Positions 20,151 through 28,872 of a stretch of DNA of 64,000 bases are shown in pieces (position 1 is the first letter of the stretch; each line of letters opens with the position of its first letter). The notes under the pieces are model-generated. The model was not told the DNA's origin. It worked only from the letters and a program-made list of their open reading frames with translations, and did not search any database. Source of the stretch: a bacterium (lineage in GTDB: Bacteria > UBA8248); the NCBI GenBank assembly GCA_963692865.2, contig OY843592.1:1888001-1952000 (forward strand), in the 5' to 3' direction. The position numbers and the translations under genes were made by a program.

Positions 20151-20594
20151 TTTCACTCCCCTTGAAGGGGGTTGTTGAAAAAGTCCTGATTTCGTGGTTC
20201 GGCGTTTGGAATCAAGAGATGAGAGAGAGGAACCACTCCCCCCTTGAGGGGGTCGGGCTTCCCGAGGGGAAAGCCCGACAGAAGCCGAGCGGTTTTTGCG
20301 AAGGCTGATGCGGTGGGGGGTGAATTGTGTTTTATTGTGCAATTTCAATTATACCCCCCACCGGTTCGCTTGCGGGCATGCGCCCTTAGCTCACCGACTC
20401 CCCCTCAAGGGGGTGAGTGGATTTGAATTTCTCCTTGGTGGATAGAGAGCTCCGTAAGGGTCATTCACTGGGTTATTTAACCGCCCCATGCATGCGTTCC
20501 TTTTTTGATTGTTGGATTCACCGGAATGACGAAGTGGGGAATTTAGAGAGGAGAGAAGGCTCCTTTGTTAGGGCGGTTCGCGAACCGCCCCTAC
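20151..20594. repeat. Repeat cluster 7: IS-like end, ~190-bp element, GGATTCACCGGAATGAC remnant, reverse GTAG-REP
   Basis: Read directly; GGGCGGTTCGCGAACCGCCCCTAC near 20571. Confidence 0.88.
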
Positions 20595-20760
20595 GAAAAA
20601 TCCAACTCAAAGACGGCTGCGCGGGTTGTAGTTTCTCCACTAGCTCCGCCCTTATGAAAGCCTTTCATTGCGGCTCACGCCCCTTGCCCCTAAAATAGAA
20701 TCTTGCGTTCACATCGCGGCGGGTTTTATTTTTCTCCGCACAGGGCGGGTACGACGAATC

Positions 20761-21741
20761 ATGGCTGACATAGCGACGCTGAAAGAGGGCGAGCGGTTCG
20801 ATTCTTTCTTCAAAATCCGGGAATGCGAAGCGCGCCAGAGCCGCGCGGGCCGGGAGTATCTCGATCTGACCCTGGAAGACGCCACCGGCGAAGTCCCCGC
20901 CAAGGTCTGGGAGCCCGCGACGCAGGTGCAGGGAGCGATCGAGGCGGGCGATTTCATCAAGGTGCGCGCCGCCGCCGAGAACTACCAGGGCCGCCTGCAG
21001 CTCCGGGTGGAGCGCGTCCGAAGGGTGAACGAGCAGGACTACGAGAGCGGCTTCCGGCCCGAGGACTGCGTGCAGCGCACGCCCTATGACATCGACGTCA
21101 TGTGGGAGGAGGCGAAGCGCATCGCGGGCGGCTGCCACCCGCTCGTGGCCGCTTATCTCACGGCGATACTGAACGCCTACGAGGAGAAATTCCGCGAGTG
21201 GCCCGCCGCCCAGCGCATTCACCATCCCTACCTCGGCGGCCTTTTGGAGCACACCCTGTCGGTAACGAAGACGTGCCTTTATCTCGCGGATAAATACGAC
21301 GTCTCGAAGGACCTCCTCGTCGCGGGCGCGCTCCTGCACGACATCGGAAAACTCGAGGAACTCTCCACCGAGGGCGCGACGCACTACACCGCCGCCGGCC
21401 GCCTCCTCGGCCACATCGTGCTGGGGCGAGACATCGCGCGCGAGTGGGCGGGGCGCGAGGGCGTATTCCAGGAGGGAGAGGCGCTGCCCGGGGATTTTTT
21501 GCTGCATCTCGAACACCTCATCCTCTCGCATCAGGGCCAGCCCGAGTGGGGCACGGTGAAGGTGCCCATGTCGGCTGAGGCGCTCCTGCTCCACTACGCG
21601 GACGACATCGACGCGAAGTTCCATATCCTGAAGCGCGCCGTGGCCGAGGACAAGGGGGATGAGGATTTCACGGCCAGAAACCAGATCATGGCGCGCGCCT
21701 TCTACAAGGGCGGCCCGCCGCTCCCGCCGGAGAATGCATAG
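20761..21741 (+). CDS. OB-fold + HD-domain protein, YhaM/Cbf1-like 3'-5' exoribonuclease
   Basis: YLDLTLEDATG, HHPYLGGLLEH, LLHDIGK, ILSHQG, HYADDIDAK. Confidence 0.9.
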   Translation: MADIATLKEGERFDSFFKIRECEARQSRAGREYLDLTLEDATGEVPAKVWEPATQVQGAIEAGDFIKVRAAAENYQGRLQLRVERVRRVNEQDYESGFRPEDCVQRTPYDIDVMWEEAKRIAGGCHPLVAAYLTAILNAYEEKFREWPAAQRIHHPYLGGLLEHTLSVTKTCLYLADKYDVSKDLLVAGALLHDIGKLEELSTEGATHYTAAGRLLGHIVLGRDIAREWAGREGVFQEGEALPGDFLLHLEHLILSHQGQPEWGTVKVPMSAEALLLHYADDIDAKFHILKRAVAEDKGDEDFTARNQIMARAFYKGGPPLPPENA

Positions 21742-21819
21742 GGTGGCAGAACGTGAGGCGAATCTCGTCTCCTGCAAGTATCAAACAGCGATCCGAGACG
21801 CAGCCGGAGAATCCATGAA

Positions 21820-22713
21820 ATGTCCGACCATGTGAAACAGATTGTGAACGAGAAGACGGGGCGCATCGTCATGCTGGCGGTGGACCACGGCTACTTCCAG
21901 GGGCCGACTTCGGGCCTCGAAGAACCGGGGAAGACGGTCGAACCCCTTCTGCCCTGGTGCGACGCGGTGAGTCCCACGAAGGGCGTATTCCTGCGCTGCA
22001 TGCCGCCGGATAGCGAGACGCCTGTGATTCTCCGGGCTTCGGGCGGGAACGCCATCGTCTATTCCGACCCCGTGGAACTGGAGCGCGAACTGAACATCCG
22101 GGGAGCGGGCATAGAGGATGAGGCGGCGCGCGAGGCGCTGCGTGAGCGAATCGCCGATGAAATCGTGAACCGCGAGCTCTCGAACGAGTCCATCACCGTC
22201 TCGGCGGCGGAGGCGGCGCGCCTGGGCGTGGCGGGCGTTTCGGTTTCGGTCTACGTCGGCGCGCGCTACCAGAAGGAATCCATCCTGAATCTGGCGCGCA
22301 TGAGCGACGAGGGCCGCCGGGAGGGCCTGATCGTCTTGGGCATCACGGCGGTGGGCAAGGAGATGACGCGCGACGCGCGCTATCTGGGTCTTGCGACGCG
22401 CATCGCGGCCGAACACGGGGCGGACGTGGTGAAGACGTACTACTGCGAGAGTTTCGAGCGGGTGGTGCGCGGCTGTTTCGCGCCCATCGTCATCGCGGGC
22501 GGCAGGAAGGTTCCCGAGCGCGAGGCGCTCGCGTTCTGCCGAAGGGCGGTGGACGAGGGCGCGGTGGGCGTGGACATGGGGCGGAACATCTTCCAGAGCG
22601 CGCATCCGGTCGCCATGATCCGGGCGGTGCGCGCCGTCGTGCATGAAAACCTGAGCCCCGAAGCAGCCTATGAGATGTTCGAGGATTTGAGCGCGGCCTC
22701 CCCCTTGAATTGA
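21820..22713 (+). CDS. lsrF: LsrF-like class I aldolase/thiolase
   Basis: MLAVDHGYFQGPTSGLE, RDARYLGLATRIAAEHGADVVKTYYC, PIVIAGG, GVDMGRNIFQS. Confidence 0.8.
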   Translation: MSDHVKQIVNEKTGRIVMLAVDHGYFQGPTSGLEEPGKTVEPLLPWCDAVSPTKGVFLRCMPPDSETPVILRASGGNAIVYSDPVELERELNIRGAGIEDEAAREALRERIADEIVNRELSNESITVSAAEAARLGVAGVSVSVYVGARYQKESILNLARMSDEGRREGLIVLGITAVGKEMTRDARYLGLATRIAAEHGADVVKTYYCESFERVVRGCFAPIVIAGGRKVPEREALAFCRRAVDEGAVGVDMGRNIFQSAHPVAMIRAVRAVVHENLSPEAAYEMFEDLSAASPLN

Positions 22714-22737
22714 AGTCAGTCGATAAACGCAGGAAGT

Positions 22738-23772
22738 ATGAAGATGGCGGAAACCATGCGAGCGGCGGTGTATTACCGGAACGACGACGTGCGTGTCGAG
22801 GAGATGGAAAAGCCCCGCGCCGGAGCGGGCGAGCTTCTCATCCAGACGCGCGCGAGCGGCATCTGCGGAAGCGACGTAATGGAGTGGTACCGGCTTAAGG
22901 GCGCGCCGCGCGTGCTGGGCCATGAGGTGACGGGCGTCGTCGCGGAAGCCGGCGAGGGGGTGGAGGACTTCCGCGTGGGCGAGCGCGTCTTCGCCACCCA
23001 TCACGTTCCGTGCAACCGCTGCGCGCTCTGCCTGCGCGGAGACCACACTGCCTGCGCCACGCTCAAGCGCACGAATTTCGATCCGGGCGGTTTCGCCGAG
23101 TTCATCCGTCTGCCCGCCGTCAACGTGGAGCGGGGGACGTTCCATCTCCCCGATGAGGTGTCCGACGATGCGGGCGTGTTCGTCGAGCCTTTGGGTTGCG
23201 TCCTGCGCGGCTGGCGGCGCTTCCGGATGACGCCAGGCCTGAGCGTCTTGGTAGTCGGAAGCGGCATGTCCGGCCTGCTGCACGTGCAGGCGGCGCGCCT
23301 CTTGGGAGCGGAAGCCGTTTTCGCGACGGACGTGCATCCTTGGCGTCTCGAAGCCGCCGGGCGGTTCGGCGCGCAGGCGCTGCCACAGTGTGAGGACATG
23401 GCCGAAGCCTTGCGCCAAGCGAACGATGGCCGCCTGGCGGACCGCGTGGTCTTGTGCGCGGGCGCGCCCGAGGCATTGGAAACGGCCCTCGCCTGCGTCG
23501 CGACCTGCGGCGTCCTGCAGCTTTTCGCCCCCACGCCGCCTGGCTACCGCCCCGAAATCGACCTGAACCGCATCTGGAGCGAGCAGATCGCCGTCACCAC
23601 CACATACGGCGCGGCCCCGCTCGATCTCGAAGAAGCGCTCGCGCTCATCCGCGCCGGACGCTTGGACGTCGAGGAGATGATCACACACAGGCTCCCGCTC
23701 ACGGACGCGCAGGAGGGCTTCCGCCTCGCCGCCGAAGCAGGGGAATCCCTGAAGGTGGTGCTCAGGCCTTGA
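22738..23772 (+). CDS. Zinc-dependent alcohol/polyol dehydrogenase
   Basis: GICGSD, GHEVTG, CNRCALC...C. Confidence 0.92.
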   Translation: MKMAETMRAAVYYRNDDVRVEEMEKPRAGAGELLIQTRASGICGSDVMEWYRLKGAPRVLGHEVTGVVAEAGEGVEDFRVGERVFATHHVPCNRCALCLRGDHTACATLKRTNFDPGGFAEFIRLPAVNVERGTFHLPDEVSDDAGVFVEPLGCVLRGWRRFRMTPGLSVLVVGSGMSGLLHVQAARLLGAEAVFATDVHPWRLEAAGRFGAQALPQCEDMAEALRQANDGRLADRVVLCAGAPEALETALACVATCGVLQLFAPTPPGYRPEIDLNRIWSEQIAVTTTYGAAPLDLEEALALIRAGRLDVEEMITHRLPLTDAQEGFRLAAEAGESLKVVLRP

Positions 23773-23804
23773 GTCTCATCCACACCTTGCAAAAGGACTA
23801 ATAC

Positions 23805-24425
23805 ATGGCGCTTTTTCTCGGATATGATCCAGGCGGTTTCAGTGGAGTTGGTAAAAACGGCGTTGTGGCGGTAGAAATCAGAAAAGATGGAACTTTCGTG
23901 TCGGAACCTGAAACTAAGACCTTTCGCTATGCTAGTGAAGTACGTGATTGGCTTTTCAGCCATTCCTCAGCCAAGGCACTTGGAGTCGATACGCTTCTGG
24001 CATGGTCTCTCAAAGGTCGTCGCAACTGCGATGTCGCGCTACGCGAGCAATATAAACAGCATGAGAAAACCGTTATTCACCAGAACTCTCTTGGTAGTTC
24101 GATGACAATTAACGGTATCCTCGTCGCTCAATTCGCCAGTAAAATCAGGCTTCCGCTCGTTGAGAGCCACCCCAAACTCCTTCGCAAGGCGAACCTATTG
24201 CGGAGCGATTCAGAGAGCGTGGATATCGTTGCTCACGATTGCGCATTGCTTAAAGCCCCAACTGATGATGAAGCCGATGCATTGATTGCTGCATGGTGCG
24301 CCTCTCGATGGTATTTTAAGCGCTGGAAGACTGACCTGTACAAGACGTTTTCGAGAGATTTGCGCTTCCCTGCTGGAAAGGCAAAGACATTTTATCCTTG
24401 GCCGGAATCGGTCCCTGATCCGTGA
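23805..24425 (+). CDS. DUF429-like predicted RNase H-fold nuclease
   Basis: LGYDPGG, LGVDTLLAW, GRRNCD, VESHP, DEADALIAA; lower GC than neighbours. Confidence 0.65.
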   Translation: MALFLGYDPGGFSGVGKNGVVAVEIRKDGTFVSEPETKTFRYASEVRDWLFSHSSAKALGVDTLLAWSLKGRRNCDVALREQYKQHEKTVIHQNSLGSSMTINGILVAQFASKIRLPLVESHPKLLRKANLLRSDSESVDIVAHDCALLKAPTDDEADALIAAWCASRWYFKRWKTDLYKTFSRDLRFPAGKAKTFYPWPESVPDP

Positions 24426-24560
24426 TAATCCTGGAATCGTCGAGGAAAGCCCGAATCTTGCGGGAGCGTGACAAAGAGCGTAGTGTTTTATCCAGGATTG
24501 CGGGCCATGGAACGCGAGGCCGTGGCGTCCGCAGTGTGAAAACCAGGGGCCCGAGAGGAA

Positions 24561-24824
24561 TTGGAAGTGACGACGTTTGAGATCGCGATGGTCGGGTTTT
24601 ACGTTTTGGAGTCGATTATCGGCCTCGCGCAATGCCTGATCATATGGATGGGGCTGAGACAAATGAGCCGATCCTTGGAATTGCGGGAAAGGGAGAGCGC
24701 GAGGCGGCACGAGGAGGTGATGAGAAATCACGAGGAGGTCATGAAAAATCATGCCGAGAACATGAAGAAACACGACGAGTCGATGACCGCGCTTAAGACG
24801 CTCATCGAGCGGACGGGAAAGTAA
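24561..24824 (+). CDS. Small membrane-anchored coiled-coil protein with His/Met heptads
   Basis: GAGAGG RBS, hydrophobic N-half, HEEVMRN repeats. Confidence 0.6.
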   Translation: MEVTTFEIAMVGFYVLESIIGLAQCLIIWMGLRQMSRSLELRERESARRHEEVMRNHEEVMKNHAENMKKHDESMTALKTLIERTGK

Positions 24825-24846
24825 CCCCGCTTACAGCCAACTATGC

Positions 24847-24878
24847 CGCCTCCATCCTCCGGGACGGGGGCGTTTTTT
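24847..24878 (+). terminator. Probable intrinsic terminator
   Basis: CGCCTCCATCC/GGGACGGGGGCG imperfect stem followed by TTTTTT, between convergent genes. Confidence 0.5.
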
Positions 24879-24892
24879 GGGCCGGGTTTCCG

Positions 24893-27379
24893 CTACTCAT
24901 CCACGGGGTGATAGGTCAGCTCGCTTCCTGGGGGAATATCCTCGTTGTCCCCGGTTGCTTCGTCTTCGTAGAGAGCATCCGGCGGGGCGTCTTCCGTGAA
25001 TTGCGCCTCATCGGCCTCGTCGTCTCGTGGAGCGGGGGCGGGTTTCGCGAGAAGCGGGGCGAGTTTCGCCTCGCGGCGGATTCTTTCCGGCAAACCGCTC
25101 CAGCGCCTCCTCACGCGCGCGTTCCCTATCGCCATGCCGAGCGCCTTCTTCGATCCGACGAAGACCGCCAGACGCTTCGCCCGCGTGAGGGCGGTGTAGA
25201 CGAGGTTTCTCTGCAGCATCGGGTAGTGCTGGGTGTGCAGCGGGATGACGACGGCGGGGTATTCGCTCCCCTGGCTCTTGTGGACGGTGATGGCGTAGGC
25301 GTGCATCACCTCGTCGAGCGCGCCGCGCGTGTATTCGACGAGGTTCGAATCGAAGGCCGCGCGAATGCTCCCCTCCTCGGTCGAGACGCTCTTGACGACG
25401 CCGATGTCGCCGTTGAAAACGTCTTTGTCGTAGTTGTTGCGCACCTGGATGAGTTTGTCGCCGGCGCGGAACGTGCGGCCTCCGCTCTGGAGGGCGGGGG
25501 CGTTTCCAGCAGGGTTGAGCGCCTCCTGCAGGCGCGTGTTCAGGCTCTGTACGCCGAGCACGCCGCGCTGCATGGGGGAGATGACCTGCAAGTCGGCGAT
25601 GGCGTCGACGCCGAACCGCTCGGGGATGCGCTCGCGGCAGAGTTCGACGATGAGGTCCGCGCAGCGCTCCGCCTCGTTCTCCTCGATGAAATAGTAATCG
25701 AGCGGCGCGTCTTCTTTCTCCCCCTTGCCGTTTCGGGGCATCTCGCCCCGGTTCACGCGGTGGGCGTTTTCGACGATCAGGCTCTCCTGCGCCTGGCGGA
25801 AGACCTCCGTGAGCCGCACCACGGGCAGGGATTCGGAAGTGATGGCGTCGCTCAGGACGTTGCCGGGCCCCACGGAGGGTAACTGGTCCACGTCGCCCAC
25901 CAGAACGAGCGTCGCCTGATCGGGCACGGCGCGCAGCAGGTGGGCCGTCAGGTGCACATCGAGCATCGAGGCCTCGTCGATGATCACGATGTCGCCGGTG
26001 AGCGGGTTTTCGGCGTCGCGCGTGAAGCCGCCCGAGTGCCAGCTGTATTCGAGCAATCTGTGGATGGTGGCCGCCTCGTGGCCGGTGACTTCCGATAAGC
26101 GCTTCGCCGCCCGCCCGGTCGGCGCGCCGAGGATGACCTGGAGTCCCAGTTTCGTATAGAGGTTGGTGACGGCGCTCACGATGGTCGTCTTGCCGGTGCC
26201 GGGGCCGCCCGTGACGATGAGCACCTTCTGCGTGAGCGCGCCCTCGATGGCCGCGCCCTGATCCTTGGTCGCCCTGCCGCCCTCGAGCGCGCGCCGGGCG
26301 AGATGGCCCAGGCGCTCTTTCGTCGTGGCGCCGGGCGCGCCCTGTCCTCGCATCGCGGCTTCGAGACGCGCCTCGTCGCGCGGCGTGCGGATGAGCGCCG
26401 CGAGACGGCGGGCGGCCTCGCATTCCGCGGCGTAGAGCGGACGCGCGTAGACGCGCTTGCCCTCGGCCGAAGCGAGGTTCTCGACCATGTTCGCCGACTC
26501 GATCACCACCGACCCGCCCCGGCCCAGGCTTCCCAGGACGGGGGCGAGGGCGCCCGGTTCGGTTTCCAGCATCTCGGCGGCGGTTTCGATCAGGTCGCCG
26601 TAGGGCAGGAAGCAGTGGCCCTCGCGCTCGGCGAGCTGGTCGAGCACGTAGACGGCCCCCGCCGCGAGGCGCTTGGGCGAGTCCGCGGGTATCCCCAGCC
26701 GCTGCGCGATGCGGTCCGCGCTCTTGAAGCCCACGCCGTGGATCTCCGCCGCCAGGCGGTAGGGGTCTTCGCGCAGGATGCGGATGGACGCCTCGCCGTA
26801 GGTTCTCAGGATTTTCTCCGAAAGATGCAGGGGCACGTCGTATTGCCGCAGGAACAGCATGATCTCCTTGACCTCGCTCTGGCTCTTCCAGCTCTCGACG
26901 ATGGCTTCGAGTTTCTTCGCGCCGAGGCCGGCGATTTCCGTGAGGCGCTCGGGTTGATTGTCGAGGATTTCGAGCGATTTCTCGCCGAAGCGCGCCACGA
27001 TGCGCTTGGCGAGAGCAGGGCCGATGTTCTTCACGATGCCCGACGCCAGGTACTTTTCGATTCCCTCGACCGTCGTGGGCGCCAGCGGGCGGGCGAGTTC
27101 GGCGTGGAACTGGCGGCCGAACCTGGGATGATCCTTCCAGGCGCCCTCGAAGCGCACGCGCTCGCCCTCGCGAATGGAGGAGAGGTAGCCCACCACGGCC
27201 ACGCGCGGGAAGTCCTCGTTGTCCGGCTGGACGAGCAGGACGGTGTAGCCGGTGTCCTCCGCGCGGAAGCGAATCCGCTCCACCGCGCCGGTCAACTCGG
27301 CGCCGTCTTGCGGGAAAAGGCCCGCCTGCGGGGGAGCGGTTCCTCTTCCGGGGCGAGGGGTTCTGGGTTTTCGCGTCAT
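24893..27379 (-). CDS. recD2: ATP-dependent RecD-like DNA helicase
   Basis: N-terminal OB/HhH region, TGGPGTGKTT, APTGRAAKRL, DEASM, AYAITVHKSQGSEY. Confidence 0.95.
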   Translation of the reverse strand: MTRKPRTPRPGRGTAPPQAGLFPQDGAELTGAVERIRFRAEDTGYTVLLVQPDNEDFPRVAVVGYLSSIREGERVRFEGAWKDHPRFGRQFHAELARPLAPTTVEGIEKYLASGIVKNIGPALAKRIVARFGEKSLEILDNQPERLTEIAGLGAKKLEAIVESWKSQSEVKEIMLFLRQYDVPLHLSEKILRTYGEASIRILREDPYRLAAEIHGVGFKSADRIAQRLGIPADSPKRLAAGAVYVLDQLAEREGHCFLPYGDLIETAAEMLETEPGALAPVLGSLGRGGSVVIESANMVENLASAEGKRVYARPLYAAECEAARRLAALIRTPRDEARLEAAMRGQGAPGATTKERLGHLARRALEGGRATKDQGAAIEGALTQKVLIVTGGPGTGKTTIVSAVTNLYTKLGLQVILGAPTGRAAKRLSEVTGHEAATIHRLLEYSWHSGGFTRDAENPLTGDIVIIDEASMLDVHLTAHLLRAVPDQATLVLVGDVDQLPSVGPGNVLSDAITSESLPVVRLTEVFRQAQESLIVENAHRVNRGEMPRNGKGEKEDAPLDYYFIEENEAERCADLIVELCRERIPERFGVDAIADLQVISPMQRGVLGVQSLNTRLQEALNPAGNAPALQSGGRTFRAGDKLIQVRNNYDKDVFNGDIGVVKSVSTEEGSIRAAFDSNLVEYTRGALDEVMHAYAITVHKSQGSEYPAVVIPLHTQHYPMLQRNLVYTALTRAKRLAVFVGSKKALGMAIGNARVRRRWSGLPERIRREAKLAPLLAKPAPAPRDDEADEAQFTEDAPPDALYEDEATGDNEDIPPGSELTYHPVDE

Positions 27380-27458
27380 CGGTCGTTCCTGGCGGCGTCC
27401 GGGCGGGCGGGGCGGTTGTCACCGGATGCGCGTGGCCGGGATTCGGGCGAGAGTCGGG

Positions 27459-28262
27459 TCAGTTCTCGCGCATTCCGGTATTTTTCGCTTCATTCCAGAG
27501 CGCTTCGAGCTCGTCGAGCGACACGTCTTCGGGCGAGAGTCCCCGCTCGCGCAGCGCCTTTTCCATATATTGGAAACGCGCGGTGAAGCGCCCGATGCAG
27601 GCGCGGGCCGCTCCTTCGGCGTTCACCCCGAGCTTCCGGGAGAGGTTCACGGCGGCGAAGAGGAAATCGCCCATCTCCTGCTCGATCGCCTCGCGGTCTC
27701 CTTGTCGCATCGCCGCCTTGAGTTCCGCCCACTCTTCTTCCACCTTCTCCGCCGCTCCGGCCGCGTCCGGCCAGTCGAAGCCCACGCGCGAGGCCTTTCC
27801 CTGAAGCCTCTGGGCGCGCTGGAGCGCGGGCATGGCGGCGGGCACGCCGTCGAGAATGGACGCCGCGCCGTTCTCATCCCCGGCGCGGGCCTTTCTCTTG
27901 CTGATCTCCCAGTTTCGGAGCACCTCGCCGCTGGTCTCGGCCAGGGCGTCCTCGAACACGTGGGGGTGGCGGTCTATCATCTTTTGCGCGAGGGCGCGGG
28001 CGGCCTCCTCGGCGTCGAAGAGGCCCTTCTCCTCGGCGAGGCGGCAGTGGAAGAGCACCTGGAGCAGGAGGTCGCCCAACTCTTCCTTGAGCATCGCCGG
28101 GTCGCCCGCCTCGATGGCCTCCATCACCTCGTAGGCCTCCTCGACGAGGTAGGGCTTGAGGCTCTGGTGGTCCTGTTCCTTGTCCCAGGGGCAGCCGTCG
28201 GGCGCTCTCAAGCGGGCCATCACCTCCACCGCGCGCTCGAAACCGCTTTTCTTCTCGCTCAA
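27459..28262 (-). CDS. mazG: Nucleoside triphosphate pyrophosphohydrolase
   Basis: LRAPDGCPWDKEQ, EELGDLLLQV, RHPHVF, GFDWP. Confidence 0.95.
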   Translation of the reverse strand: MSEKKSGFERAVEVMARLRAPDGCPWDKEQDHQSLKPYLVEEAYEVMEAIEAGDPAMLKEELGDLLLQVLFHCRLAEEKGLFDAEEAARALAQKMIDRHPHVFEDALAETSGEVLRNWEISKRKARAGDENGAASILDGVPAAMPALQRAQRLQGKASRVGFDWPDAAGAAEKVEEEWAELKAAMRQGDREAIEQEMGDFLFAAVNLSRKLGVNAEGAARACIGRFTARFQYMEKALRERGLSPEDVSLDELEALWNEAKNTGMREN

Positions 28263-28569
28263 GGCTCGGCCTCACGATTGGGGAATTCCGACGAGCGCAG
28301 TATACGCGCAACGCCCCCGGAGGGGCAACGAGCCTATGGGGCTGTAGCCGCATGATATGGGAGAATCACGAGTTTCCGAACGCAAGATGTCGTGACGGGG
28401 GAGGACGCGGGGGCGCGCCTGCGGAACAACGCATGATTTTCGTCTTTGCGCGTCGTCCCGGAATGGTCCCCCCTGGCCGGGGAAGGGAGGGTTCGCGACG
28501 TACGGAGGGGAAATTCATCCGTTCCGGGTTCCGGGCCGGAGTCGCCCGGAGGAGGGTACCGCCCCGTTG

Positions 28570-28847
28570 GGGGCCGTTGAAAAAGCCCTGTTCCGAGGTC
28601 GGGCGGACACACGGGTTCGCCCTGCGTTTCGTTCCGCAAAGGTTCGTTGTCAGACATTATATGTCTGACATATCATGCGACCCGTATTGGGAAGGCGAAA
28701 AGGCCGGGCCGCATGATATGCGGCCCCTACACCGACACCCGAATGAGGCGTGTAGCAGAGATAACCCCGAAGAGGGGTTGTCTGAACCCTCCGTGGTTGT
28801 CCTTTCTCAAACGAAGGCCTCGGACAGGCACGGAGGCCTGTCCCTAC
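28570..28847. repeat. Repeat cluster 8: IS-like end, inverted copy of element 6620-6691, GTAG-REPs
   Basis: GGGGCCGTTGAAAAAG; 28649-28721 is a near-exact reverse complement of 6620-6691; GGACAGGCACGGAGGCCTGTCCCTAC. Confidence 0.88.
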
Positions 28848-28872
28848 AAAACCCCGCAGGAACGGCATCCCC

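Noticed and set aside
6226-28847. Clusters as integron attC sites
   Set aside because: No consistent RYYYAAC...GTTRRRY boundaries at gene ends, genes lie in both orientations, and no IntI is present.
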